Origin: Cirrosporium novae-zelandiae
Taxonomy: Eukaryota
Length of the DNA: 64,000 nucleotides
Direction of reading: 5' to 3'
Assembly (NCBI GenBank): GCA_026023565.1
Contig: JAPETS010000001.1
Span: 124,001 to 188,000 of the forward strand
Shown here: piece after piece, positions 39,103-52,214 of the stretch
Numbering within the stretch: position 1 is the stretch's first letter
How the letters are laid out: each line of letters opens with the position of its first letter
Made by a program: the position numbers and the translations under genes
The notes under the pieces: generated by a model
Databases searched by the model: none
Seen by the model: only the letters and a program-made list of their open reading frames with translations
What the model was told of the DNA's origin: nothing

Positions 39103-40125
39103 ATGAAAATCAAGAGCTTGCTCAAGATACGATATACAGGACGTCGTGACCCTACTGAAGACCTCGCTCCTACAGTTGTCGATGCCTGTGGAATTGCCTG
39201 GTCTCAACCAAAGCTTGGAATCGTTGACTTGCCTCTTGAGCTTTTAGGAATGATATGCAGCCATCTCTCTCCCACTAGCTTAGCTTGTTTTCTCTTGAGT
39301 AGCAAGCAATTTTACCAGTTACTTGACACTACACCCTTTGCGTGCTTGGAGATTTCACGTCAGTGGAATTACTATCGCATCAAAAGCGACGAGCGCTTTA
39401 AATTCCTCACTTTACTGGAAAAGGATCTAAAGGATTCTTGGGCCTTCTGCCACACCTGTTACATTTTACACCCTGCGGATCACTTCAGCAAGGCAAACAG
39501 GAAACGGCCAGCCTATCGTCGGTCCTGCAAAATCGGTGGAGAGGTTGTGGGATTATGTTGCTGCAGAGAAATTAATTTTCTAGCATTTATATCCGCCATC
39601 AAAAGAATGCAGAAACATGGCTCCAACATCGTGTGGCATCAGTGTACCATGAAGCCACACCGTGGACCGAATGTTTTGCATACCAAAGTACTCCTTTACC
39701 CGAACCATGACAACCTGTTTATGGAACTGCGCTATCAAGTTCTGATGCCAGTTGCTTCATCCCCAGAGCCAGTTCAATATAATAAACTATGGCGCATAAG
39801 GCCTTTCTTCCTTCCAGAGTCTCTATGTCCTCATTGCGGACTCAATGGGATGCTTTACAAGCAACTCAATTGCTTCTCAACCCATGTGGATCGCACGCCA
39901 TGTAGCGAGTGCAGCACCATTGAATACTGCACCGATTGTTACACCAAGGCTCAACTAGTGCAACCGAGTAGCCACGATGAAGGTTACGAGGTGCTTTGTG
40001 AAGTAAAAGCCACGAGGAATCTAAACGAGTGCAGCCTGATTCCGCTGCTAAGAAATTGGAAGAGGATCCGGTTGAAGACGATGAAGAATGTAAGGCCATT
40101 CTATGGTCGGTTTTGGCTGACCTAG
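39103..40125 (+). CDS. F-box protein with Cys/His-rich C-terminal region
   Basis: F-box signature IVDLPLELLGMICSHLSPTSLACFLLSSKQFY; FL.LLEKD....FCHTCYILH; several CxxC pairs; intronless, 340 aa. Confidence 0.82.
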   Translation: MKIKSLLKIRYTGRRDPTEDLAPTVVDACGIAWSQPKLGIVDLPLELLGMICSHLSPTSLACFLLSSKQFYQLLDTTPFACLEISRQWNYYRIKSDERFKFLTLLEKDLKDSWAFCHTCYILHPADHFSKANRKRPAYRRSCKIGGEVVGLCCCREINFLAFISAIKRMQKHGSNIVWHQCTMKPHRGPNVLHTKVLLYPNHDNLFMELRYQVLMPVASSPEPVQYNKLWRIRPFFLPESLCPHCGLNGMLYKQLNCFSTHVDRTPCSECSTIEYCTDCYTKAQLVQPSSHDEGYEVLCEVKATRNLNECSLIPLLRNWKRIRLKTMKNVRPFYGRFWLT

Positions 40126-40876
40126 AGTCCTAAAACTTGCTTCGTATGCATCTGGGAGGGATCCTGACGAAGAGTTTAAAGCCTATGGTATTAGGAATTA
40201 AGGCTGGTAGAAGCTGAAATGTCTCGGAGAAGCCAAGACACGTGTAGTCTGTGGTAATTGGGAATGGGATATATGGGATCCATTTAAGTTGTCTACGTAC
40301 GGACGCAAGGCCATTAACTTGGGTAATATATGATCTCACCAAAATATGGTACATGACCATTAGATGGTACTTTCTCGAGGGGATATAAGTCAAGGGAAAC
40401 ATTTAAATACTCGGTAGAAATTAATCATGATTTTCATGTTGGATCAAATAATATGTGGTTTCAATTGGTTTGTTCAATGACCAAGACTAGACCCCTGCTC
40501 CCCGGATTATCGTGCAACATCAGGATGAAAATGCAATGCTGCTACATGTACTGTGCCCAGACATCATTACAGTGAATAAATCCTGCGGTGGAGTCAGCAG
40601 GTCCAGTTGTCACCATATAGACTTTACCTACACCTTAGGTTGCATATCTGTCCAATTGTCAATCTGGCGTTCCTTCGAAGTCCAAGATTTATCCTCCTCA
40701 CCCTCCTCGTCTTCCTCTCCATCTTCTTCTTCCTCTCCATTCTGGCTTCTCCACTTCGTCTTGCCCAGCGGCTTTCTTCGCTATTTACTCAAATTAGACC
40801 ACCGGGAAGACCTCAGGCTGTCCTCTTCCCCACTTCTCTCTCGACCTTCTCACGACCTTTAACGACAACCACAGCA

Positions 40877-43119
40877 ATGTCTGTCCAATCGACGCTCGGA
40901 GGTTCCAACTTTCGGGTGCCTCCGCAAGCCCCGCCCATGTTTACGGCCACCTCAAAGTCTCTCATTTCTGACACCAAAGCCCTTATCGAGAAATCCCGCA
41001 AGCTTCAGGATCAGCTTGCTTCCAATATTACTGAAAAAGATGCTGCATTCAACAATGTTGTCCTCCCCATGGCCTACGACGAGAATGCTATGGGCCTTGC
41101 CATACCCATCATCGGTTTCTACCAAGCCGTTTCCACCTCGCAAGAGCTCCGTGACTCTTCTACAGAGGCGGAGAAGCTTCTCGACGACTTCTCTATTGAG
41201 TCTGCTATGAGAGAGGATATATACAAGTTGGTTGATGCCGCATTAAAAAAGGCTGAGAAGCTCGACCCCGAATCTCAAAGGCTATTGGAGAAGGAGCAGA
41301 AGAGTTTTGTTAGGAACGGGCTCGGTATCCCTGCTGGACCAAAGCGGGATAGATTCAAGGAGATTAAGAAAAGGTTGAGTGAGCTCGGGATTGTCTTCCA
41401 GAAAAACTTGAACGAAGAGACAGGAGGTCTTTGGTTCACTCCCGAGGAACTCGACGGTGTTCCTGAGGATGTAGTATCCAGTTTTAAAAAAGGTGAGGGG
41501 GAGAATGCTGGAAAGGTGTGGATGACCTTCAAGTATCCGGATCTGTTTCCTGTCCAGAAGTACTGCAAGAACGCAGAAACCCGGAAGCAGGTTATGATTG
41601 CAAATGAAAACAAGTGCAATCAGAACGTTCCTTTGTTCCGAGAAGCCATCATTTTGAGAGATGAGGCCGCAAGACTCCTTGGTTTTAAGAACCATGCAGC
41701 TTTCAAGATTGATGATAAAATGGTCAAGACTCCTGAATGGGTAGACAATTTCCTCGGCGATCTTCGAAAGCGCTTAGCTCCAGGAGGCCTTGCGGAGATT
41801 GATAAGTTGAAGCAACTGAAGAAAGAGGATCTCGCCTCACGAGGTAAGGAGAAGGAATATGACGACCACTACTACCTGTGGGACCACCGTTTCTATGACC
41901 GACTTATGCTCGAGAAAGAATTTTCCCTGGACCAGCAAAAGGTTGCCGAGTATTTCCCTATCCAAACCACCATTCATGGCATGCTTGAGATTTTTGAGCA
42001 AATTTTCGGCCTTGTCTTTGTCGAGATCACGGGTGGCTCTCGCGATAAGATCTCTCCCTCCGGGAATGGCTCCGAGATTGTGTGGCATCCTGATGTCCAG
42101 GTATTCGCAGTCTGGGATGATGAGACTGAGGGGGGCGGCTTTGTTGGGTATCTTTATCTTGATCTCCACCCTCGTGAAGGTAAATATGGCCATGCTGCAA
42201 ACTTCAACTTACAGCCAGGCTTCATCGACGAGAAGGGAAATAGGCGGTATCCCGCTACCGCACTTGTGTGTAACTTTTCGAAGCCTACGCCCAAGAAACC
42301 AAGTCTTCTGAAGCATGACGAAGTTACTACCCTGTTCCACGAACTTGGACACGGTATTCACGACCTCGTAGGCCGAACTAAATATTCCCGCTTCCATGGC
42401 ACAAATGTAGTTCGCGATTTTGTGGAGGCGCCGTCTCAGATGCTGGAGAACTGGTGCTGGACTCCTTCGCAACTCAAATCTCTGAGCCATCATTGGTCAT
42501 ATCTGTCCCCTGAATATTTAACTGCATGGCAAGAATCCAACAGTTCCTCCTCTCAACCACCAAAGAAAATGCCGGACGAGCTCATCAAGAATATTGTACG
42601 AACAGAGCATGTTAACGATGCTCTTCATTATCTAAGACAATTACATTTTGGGATGTTCGACATGGCGATCCATGAGCCCGAGAGTCATGAAGCGATTGAG
42701 AAGCTAAAGATAAGTGAATTATATAACCATTTGAGGAAAGACATTAGCAAGCTTGATGGGCCAGAAGTCTTTGGGAAAAAAGATGACTGGGGTAATGGTG
42801 AAGCTACTTTCGGACATCTAATGGGAGGTTACGATGCTGGATATTATGGTTATCTGAGGTGGGTTTTTCTGTCCTATAACCAGCTCTCTATTCCATCCCA
42901 ACTAATCCAAATCCTCCAAATAGCTCGCAAGTCTATTCCACAGATATGTTTTATACTGCCTTCAAAGCCGATCCTCTAAACAAGGAACAAGGCCGTCGTT
43001 ATAGACACATGGTTCTCGAGAAGGGAGGCAGCCAAGATGAAATGGAGACTCTGAAAGCGTTCTTGGGACGTGAACCTAGCACCGAGCCATTTTATAAGGA
43101 ATTGGGAATCTCTAAATAG
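40877..43119 (+). CDS. PRD1: M3A metallopeptidase (thimet oligopeptidase/saccharolysin, MepB-like); intron 42859-42923; possible non-AUG extension upstream
   Basis: LFHELGHGIH (HExxH), DFVEAPSQMLENW, YLDLHPREGKYGHAA, FGHLMGGYDAGYYGY. The spliced C-terminus ends FLGREPSTEPFYKELGISK*. Confidence 0.93.
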
Positions 43120-43723
43120 ATATGTATATCTTTAAGCGCAACGCGCGATGACATGATATGACGAGCTAGAGAGTACAGAGCTTAAATATCAGGAGTAAAA
43201 AAATAAAGTCCATGAATAACGATATGAGTAGTCTCATTCTTACATAGATAAATAGTAGAAACTTGGAAAAGATATTAGCACAAGGTGCTTAGGAGGCCTT
43301 CCGTCGTACTTGACCTAGGCAGACCTTTTCTATCAATTATTACTATGTGTTATTGGCAACAACCACCTCCGGGCAAGTCAACCTAAATCGACCCATCTAC
43401 CTAATCCTCTCTTCCTCCCAACAAACCAAGCCAGGTTAATAATTTCTTCTTCTACTGTACAATTAAGAAACTAATTACATCCCCCCCTTCCTACTATCCA
43501 ACCTCTTTACAAAATTCAATCATTAACTTGTAAAATCGTTCCCTTGACGTACGTCAACCACAAAAGCCTTGAACACACATTCTTGACTTTAAGAAATTCT
43601 ATAAACTATATGGGTTGCCACGTGAAAATAGATGAAGCTTATAAATAACTTTTATTGCAATTATATCAGCAATGGCAGAGATCTCTCATCTCAAGCCAAT
43701 CATACTGCATGATGTCTACTGTG

Positions 43724-43796
43724 GTCATCTTAGCTCAGCGGTACGAGCAACCGGCTGCAGTCCGGTGGGTCCCCGGTTCAAATCCGGGAGGTGACT
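43724..43796 (+). tRNA. tRNA-Cys(GCA), intronless
   Basis: Acceptor GTCATCT/AGGTGAC, D-stem GCTC/GAGC, anticodon stem ACCGG/CCGGT with GCA at 43757-43759, T-arm CCCGG-TTCAAAT-CCGGG, U73 discriminator, and a T-run Pol III terminator immediately downstream. Confidence 0.93.
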
Positions 43797-44453
43797 GTTT
43801 TTTTGCCGCTGTACAGTAACAGATGTGTATGTGTTTTATTTGTACTTACTATACTACACCCCCGAATTTACCCGAGGCACATTTTGTTGTTCTTTTGGAC
43901 AATGTATTATACTTTTTACCCTGGAGAATTCATATGCCGTCCCTTCTTTCCTTCATTGCAAGGGACGCAAGGTAATTCTCCCGAGTTTAAAAAAAAGAAA
44001 GTTGCGGATGAATGACTGTGCATCTTACGGTTTCAGGGGGGTTCCTTGAATGTCAGTAGGTTCAAAGTCGAGTACAGTCGAAAAAATGAGCCTGGTTTTT
44101 CGCCCCTGATCCAGGAAATGCATAATTAAATACGAACATGAGGTAGAACAAAAAAAAAAAGGGCTGAGAGGGCGGAAAAAAACAAGGGACCCAAGGGATC
44201 GAAAGGATGCTTGGTGTCGGGTTTGATGTGGGGCAAGGGGTGGAAATCACGATATGTACCGGATGACTACCATCAAGGGGATATTTTTCTGCCAACCGGA
44301 GGGATGAGTGGATAAAACAAGAATGAATGGTTTAAGATATGGTTCTAGCGATCAGATTATCCATAACCCAATAGATGATTTCTTATTGATATTGTTCTAT
44401 CCAGTCAGAGGAGTTTTGGGTGTTTTGGGTGTTTTGAGGTTGTTGAGTTTGGG

Positions 44454-44530
44454 AGGGATGAGGGATGAGGGATGAGGGATGAGGGATGAGGGATGAGGGA
44501 TGAGTGATGAGTGATGAGTGATGAGTGATG
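44454..44530. repeat. 7-bp tandem repeat (AGGGATG / AGTGATG)
   Basis: About 11 units visible. Confidence 0.9.
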
Positions 44531-45623
44531 GAGTTCTTTTGGAGCTTCTCCGCACTCCAGACTTTTTTTTCAGATTTCGGGGCGGCGCATGATGCGCGAC
44601 CTTTCCCGCATTTGAACCCCATTACACCCCCATTACACCCCCATTACACCCCCATTACCCCCCCATCGAAATCCCTCCCCCCCCCCCCGGTCGCTAAAGC
44701 GTGGTCTGCTCACTTCAAGGCCCCTACCACATTTGACTTTGAATCCGTCTAACAGTGGATATTCTATCTTTCTCCCTCCGCTTTTAACACACAAGAAAAA
44801 AGTTTCTTGTTACAACAATTTCAAACATCCAAAGGAATTTAGCAAGTAATGACTACCTCTCCTCCATCTCCTGCTACTTGTTTCTCATCAGGGCAAAACC
44901 CTCCTGATTCCTTGCCGGTACTCCTCGAGATATCCCCCCCGGAGTGTTTTAGGTTTTTGCTGACCCTGTTATTTCAGCCCCTTGATATCATTCGTCGTCT
45001 ATGACCGGGGGAGGACTGGTCCACTGACCATGATCGATACAATATCCCGGTTCAATTCTGTTAAAGCAGTAATTTACTTCTAGAACAGCTTGGATATAAT
45101 CCTTTCACGCCTCCCAGTCCTTTTCATCCCCCCAACACTCGAGCTTTACAGCAATCCATCTCTTCCGAGTTCCCCGAGTACGTTGATACCTATTGACTAT
45201 ATCACATTGGGGAATTGAGCAACCTTGTTGCTGCCCGATAATATCACTATCTAATTCTGGGACCATTTCTGCTCGAGAATACTTCATCTGGAAGGAAGAT
45301 TTGCTAGGGTATTAGATATTGGTGCCCAAGGAGATTCTGAGAAAGCAACTAGTACGGATACGATTCTCCGCTTCAAGGTCAAGAAACAACAATATAACAG
45401 AAAAGACAAAATTGGGTTCTATGAAACGATCATCATACTTCAGATTATATCTAGACCTTCCCAGTCCACCAATATTTTCCGTCACGCTACGCTTTGCGAT
45501 CTAACCCTTCGATTATATGCACATGCCCGTCTTTCAAAACCCATGTTCTCTATACGACAATTCTGGAATAGGTTGACTGTACTATAACAGCTGTCTGAGT
45601 GCGTTGAGAATCAAGCGCACGAC

Positions 45624-48600
45624 ATGACCGACGTTGCCACCGACGTTGGCGACAAAGCTCGAGGTAGGAAACGGAACCGGGAGGGAAATGAAAACGGGCA
45701 AACATTGGAAAACGGGGATCAGAACCACTTCGAGAAACAAGGGGACGGGAAAGCCCCACGGAGACGACGACGAAGCCGTAAAGGCTTGGAGAAAAAATTT
45801 GAATGCTCCCATGAGGGTTGCGGTAAAAGCTACTCTAGGGCCGAGCATCTTTACAGACATCAATTGAACCGTCAGTCCAGCCTTTCCCACCTCGAAGCTG
45901 GCTAACTTTCCTTAGATACCCCGAAGCAGATTTTCAAGTGTGACTTTCCAGAATGTGGTCGCACATTTGTCCGCCAGGATCTTTGTGCTCGGCACCGGGA
46001 GAGGCATACCGCCCATGGATCGCAACTTCAGAGAAAAGATGCACTATTTCACTATAGTCACCCCCCCATTATTCCTTTACTGGCTTCTCCCGACTCACGT
46101 TCTGTGGCTCGACCATCCGAATCCAAGGTTTTGGAATTTCATCGAGATGAACCCAGGTTAGCACAGACCGACCAAAGAACTATAAGCATATCACAACCAC
46201 CTCCTAGTTCCGCGAATGATGCGGAAAGGAACACTAGTCATATTTTACCTTACTCGTCCCAATCTAAACATCAATCAGCAACGGGTGCTGATGAACATGT
46301 GAAACGCTTCCAAGCTCATGACACGAATGCTGACCGTGTGATGCCTTTCAATAGGTCTGAAAGTAACGGCAGTTCTGTTACAGAAAACGGCGCTCTGGGC
46401 AAGAGCCATCCCAATGGTGTTTCTCATAACTATAACGGGATCAATCATTCGGGAAATCTTGGAATGGTGGATGGGGCAAAATCTCAAAGAGCTTCTATAT
46501 CAGCGGCAGACTTTCCCCGACCAACCGGACAGGTCACCCTTGGTCCACTTTTAAGACGGACAAGCTCTCAAACTTCAATGGAAACTTCAAGCATGAGACC
46601 GCCATGGACGCCCCAGGTACCATATGGAAGCATATCAGGGTCAATGAACCCATATCCTCAGCAAACCTTTCAACCAATGTCCTTGCCCCCGTCTGAATTT
46701 CCTCAGATGAGTCAGCCGTCAACCTCGACTGCTCCATTCACCTCCACTGCCCCATTCACCCCGACTACCCCGTTCACTTCGACTGCCCCGTTCACAGACA
46801 CAACTTCACAAGGGCTTGGCACATTCCCGGTTGGTTCCCCAGATATTCTTGCCGATCCAAATCTACAGGAAGCATGGGCCGCTTCGTTTTCCATACCTGT
46901 ATTTGGGGAACAAGGATACAATCGCTCACCTTTTGCTATGGCCGATGACTTTGCAGCATGGCTCTTCAACTTTAATGAATCTGGAATCCCCAACAGTTTA
47001 TCACCTGCTGCCCACACACCTAGCGTCGGGTCGCTTTCAAGCCCAAATGGAGGATTTTCTCTACCAGCACAATCATATTCGAATGATCCAAGCACCAAAT
47101 ACTTTCAGAACCCATTTCCCCCACATGATCCGATGGCGGTGAGGAACATGTGTGACCAAAGCGTACCCCCGCAAAGGGGGATAATGTCAGAAGAAAAGAG
47201 GCAAGAGCTTCTTGATTTGATAACCAATAGGTTCAAGGAAAATGAGCATTCAGTGGTGAGAAAGCGAAAAGAGGATCTTTTCGAGGGAGATATCAATGCG
47301 GAAGGACATCTTCTCAGTTTGAGATCGATGCAGACCTACATTGGCTCCTTTTGGTATCACTTCCATTCACAATTGCCTATCCTCCACAAACCAACATTCA
47401 ATGCCGATAAAACAGAAAACTATCTTCTTTTATCCATTATGGCCATAGGAGCATCTTGCCTGGATAAGATACACGGTCTTACCGTTACCAATGCCGCTGC
47501 CGAGTTTGCAAATTTTATCGCCTGGCATCTGCGGTGGGAAGTCTTTATGGATGCAGATTTTCGACCTCCAGCAAAACTCTGGGTTTTCCAGACGTTGGTA
47601 TTGTTGGAAGTTTTCGAAAAGATGTATGCAACTCGAGCTCTGCATGAACGGGCACACATACATCATGCCACCACATTAACGTTGATGCGACGGGGTAGCT
47701 CTTTAATTGGGAGATCTGCTTATGACTCTCCACCTAGCGTTCGAAGTGGGGATTCAAATACAGTTTCCCGCCATCATTCCATGTCCAATTCGCCGGAAGA
47801 TTGGTGGGCGCATTGGATCACGAATGAAGCAACTAGAAGAGCCGCCTTTGCTGCCTTTGTGATGGATTCAATCCATGCCACCATGTTTGGTCATTCTGCA
47901 GTAATGGTTGCCCATGAAATGAGACTTCCCCTTCCCTGTGATGAGGCATTATGGTCAGCCACAAGCGGCACTGAAGTTGGTAGAGTAGAAGCAAGCCTTC
48001 AAGCAAATGGTATCAAACCGACGACATTTTTGGATGGACTCAAGAAGACTTTGAATGGCCAAAACGTTCGTACCAATTCATTCGGTCGAACCATTCTCAT
48101 GGCTGGGCTGCTTAGCGTTGCTTGGCATATGAATCAGCGTGACCTTCAAGTAAGTTCCTTGGGGGTATCCCAAGCACTGGGAGGACGGGATCGCTGGCGC
48201 GGTGCTTTGACACGTGCATTTGACTTCTGGAAGCGTGATTTCGACGAAATGCTCTCTCATACCCATGGTTCAGCCTCAACACCTGATAGTAGCACCAGCA
48301 GCCCGTATGGACATCGTCCACTCTTCAGACCCCCAGATGGCGAAAATATCTTCGAAAGTCGAGTTGTACTGCATCATCTAGCTCACATGGCCATGCACGT
48401 CGATATTGTCGATTGCCAAATCTTTGCCGGGGCAGCCCGACTTCTCGGCCGCAGCATTACTCCTGCCGATTATAACAGCGCTCAGCGTCGGATGAAGGAG
48501 AACTGGGCTCCCTCGGCTCGGGCGCGTGATGCCGTCTTCTATGCACTTAAATTCCTTCTCCAGGTACTTGTCCCCGATGAATCTGGCACTTCCAACTATG

Positions 48601-48980
48601 GTGCCTCTCAAGGTTCTCCCAATACACACGCTGTATGTCAGTATGAAGCACGAAACGATTATCTCCTTAACCGTCCATGGGTTGTCTATTTCGCTGCACT
48701 TGTTGTCTGGGCATATGGGTATGCACTGGAAGGGCCTGTTCGTCCGTTTCCTAATGTATCAACACCCGAAGCGCAATTTTCGAATCTCAAGCAGTTCCTC
48801 CAAGGAATCGGCGGCGTGAAGAGTCCAGATGATTTAGTTGGTCTTAGAGGACGGAATAAATGCGTGGGACTGTTATGCGTGCTGAGAGATGATTTTGAGA
48901 AGACTAGGTGGGAGTTATTGCATGAGGCAGCGAGACTATTAGGAAAATGTGTTGATTTGTTAAGAGGGCCAGGAGGCTGA
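45624..48980 (+). CDS. Two-finger C2H2 plus fungal-specific (Fungal_trans) transcription factor; intron 45871-45915
   Basis: FECSHEGCGKSYSRAEHLYRHQLNH and FKCDFPECGRTFVRQDLCARHRERH, then FWYHFHSQLPILHKPTF and EATRRAAFAAFVMDS..LPLPCDEALW. The start could lie slightly upstream. Confidence 0.9.
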
Positions 48981-49908
48981 GATGAATTGACCCTAAAAGG
49001 CCAGACTGTCTAGGGTGGCCAGACCTGATCGCTTCTTTGTGTTTTGGATGATATCGCCTTTCTCTTTTATATTCAGAGTTGGGACGAACATCTTCCGCTA
49101 AGCCATATGCCCTCTTTAAGGAAATCTCGTGAGCATTGATATTTGCATGATGACAGCCGTGTTTGTTATTGATTTCCTCGTCTTTACTTTTTCTGTTAGT
49201 CAAAATTTTCATTCGTTTGTATTCATTGTTCATTAAAGATTCGAATTTGAGTTCTTCAACCAACAGCTCCATGAGTTGACGTTTGATTGGACTCTGGAGG
49301 TATGTTGCGGGAGTTGAAAACGGGATTCGGAGCTTGTATACTTGAGAGGCCAAAGGATATGTGGGATGGACGGATGGATGGGATATGATGGAATTCTGGA
49401 TCACATTATTAAGGGGTGATGGGTTTGTACCTGGTTTTTGGTTGTAAATGTGTTGGATGTTCAATGTATGGATTGCATTCGTATTATTATGGGATGGATG
49501 AACTGGATTTGATTTACAAACTGGAATGAAGCATTAGTTCTTTAGTGTCTGATGGCAAAAAACAAATACATTATTTTGTGGACACATGACAAGATGTTAA
49601 TTTTATATTTTCTTTTGTTGTTCGGGCTGTTTAGGAGGAGCAAACGTCATCCCTCATTTCAAAAAATAAGTTACTTTCTAGCAACGCAGCACAATCCAAC
49701 ATTTACTCCACCAAATCCTCCACCAGAGATAAACCACCAGATCCACATAGCCAATTAGCTGTAGAATAACCTCACCTACCTCGAACCAAAAAAATTTTCA
49801 ACCTCAATTACTTTTTGCGCTACAAAATAGCTTCGATCGCATCCAAAACACCATCTACAACCACCAATCGCACCCACTCCCACCCCAACCACAGCACACC
49901 TCCACACG

Positions 49909-50655
49909 ATGCCCTCCCCCGAAATCCACACCTACCACCACATCTCGCCCTGCGCCTCGCTGCTCCTCGCGACCACAACGCCTCTAAATGCCCTCCCCCA
50001 CCGCGCCCCCCCATCCCTGGATGCCTCTCTAATTCTCCCGCTCCCACCACTCCCACACTCACCCTCACCCTCCTCAGACAACGAAGACGATCCAGAAGAC
50101 GAAAACAACAATAAGGATAGTAGTAACAACCAGTCCCCCTCCCCCAAAGACTTGGAAAAAGGTGTAAAAGGAAAAGGAAAAGGAAAAGAAAACAGTGAGG
50201 GGGGTGAGGGTGAAGACGGAGACGGAGACAAACATTACGCAGTCCTCCTCTCAACAACCCTGGATAAAAAACCCCAAATCATACGCCGCGACGATGGATT
50301 CGAACGGCGGCGACTCGTCCGCTGCGCCAAATGTCGCGGGTGCGTGGGTTATTTTCTTGAACATCCACAACAGTCCGGGCAACACCAGCAGCAGCGTGTC
50401 CAGCCATCCACTTCCTCTACCAACATCACCACTATCGTAGAAGCAGAAGAAGAAGGAGAAGAAGAACCCTCAGCCCAGACCCAGACCCAAAATAAAGAAA
50501 AAGAAAAAGAGAAACAGAGGGTTGTGTATATCATCCCGGGCGGGTTAGTGGAGACGACGGAATTGGATTCGTATGTGGGACTTGCGGAGGGGGAGGCGGA
50601 GATTTGGGATCGGCATCCTGCTGTTGTTGCTGCTGATGTTGGTGTTGATTCGTGA
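49909..50655 (+). CDS. STEEP1/CXorf56 (UPF0428)-like small zinc-binding protein with low-complexity inserts
   Basis: IHTYH...C..LLLATT.PL..LP.R....D...ILP, IRRDDGFERR....CAKCRGCVGY and VVYIIPGGLVET match the family pattern as recalled. Confidence 0.65.
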   Translation: MPSPEIHTYHHISPCASLLLATTTPLNALPHRAPPSLDASLILPLPPLPHSPSPSSDNEDDPEDENNNKDSSNNQSPSPKDLEKGVKGKGKGKENSEGGEGEDGDGDKHYAVLLSTTLDKKPQIIRRDDGFERRRLVRCAKCRGCVGYFLEHPQQSGQHQQQRVQPSTSSTNITTIVEAEEEGEEEPSAQTQTQNKEKEKEKQRVVYIIPGGLVETTELDSYVGLAEGEAEIWDRHPAVVAADVGVDS

Positions 50656-52214
50656 GCTGGGCTGGGATGGGATGGGGGGTTTATTCCGTGGATTTTATGC
50701 CTCTTTTTCCCTCCTCCGACAACGATGGTGATGACCAGGTGCATGATATGACACTCGGTTTATATCGTGGGCTCCCTCCAGCTACAGCTACAGCTACAGC
50801 TACAGATCTCACCCCCATTCCCATTCACTCCAACCCAACAACTCCCATCAAAAACACCCCCTAGGGCCACCAATCCCACTTTTCAACAATCCCACAATAG
50901 CGTCCCATCCGATACCCCCCTAAAAGAACCAAGCCAAGCTCAAAACCCAAACCCAAGAGGGGAATACAGTACAGAAATACGGGAAGAAATTATAATTAAC
51001 TAAAAAGTACAAGTACCTATTTATTCAAGGATTATATGTGCTTGTTTTATACCACTACTACCACTACTATCCTCCCTTCTTTGGTCCGATTTGGGTTCAA
51101 TTTACGAGATGCTATGAATGCTATAAATGATATGATATGAATAATACAATCATAATTACAATTACAATCACACCACCTACCCACACCGCCTACTCACTCA
51201 TCCACCCCTTACTTACCCCATTATTCTACCCCTAGGAGGGGGAGGGAAGAGGGGGGGGAGCTTGTGATGTGATTTATCGATTGTGTACCAGAATCATATA
51301 TATATATTTAAAAAAACGGGTTACTCGAAGGAGAAAAAAAAGAAAAAAAGGGGATTATGAACTCATTGGTGTATATATATATATCCACATAATCTACCGC
51401 AATCCAATTGACTAAAACCAATGAATCAATAACCGTTACTCATTCATTCATTCATTCATTCATTCAATCGTACAATAAGTAACTCTATTGAAAACCAAAT
51501 TAAAAAAAACCCGAGAACCCTTTTTTAGATCCTTAGATTCCCATCCATCTAATTAGTTTAATATTTTAAGTCTAATGATTCGAGATGGGTTAATGGGAAA
51601 TGGGAAATTGGAAATGGGAAATTGGAAATTGGAAAATAGTGTGTATATATATATATATATATATATATGTGGGAGAGAGGGAGGGAGAGAGGGGCTTGTG
51701 ATTTGATTTATAGATTTGTTGATTGGAGAATAAAATTTTACATATCTATTTGAGAGGAGGGTTGCCTCTCTCGAGAGAGAGACGAGAAAGTGGTCAAGGC
51801 TAAAAAGCACTCTCGCATTCTCAATCACCAATTCGTAACTACCATACAAAAATTTACCATTTCTCAAATTCATTCAATTCAACTATCTATCCATAACGGA
51901 CCGCAATAACCGCATCCAAATATCATGGTATGCGCACATAAAATACATGCAACTTAACTAATTGACTCCTCAAGTTCTCCTGGAATAAATCCTCTAGAGA
52001 CCTTGTTGCTATTCATTCCCAATTCGTTCATCCGTTATAACAACCGTGACCATACTGATTTGTCATATCACTACAACACCAGGGACGCCATTCTCGACTT
52101 TGACCGAATGATTAAATTCCTCATCGATATACACCAGAGAATTTCCATCAAACCGACAAGATATCCTAGATTTACTAGGTATGCGCGCATGAGGGAGAGG
52201 TAGAGAGTATTAGG

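Noticed and set aside
49820..50744. Overlapping antisense and alternative-frame ORFs over the STEEP1-like gene
   Set aside because: Shadow ORFs from low-complexity coding sequence.
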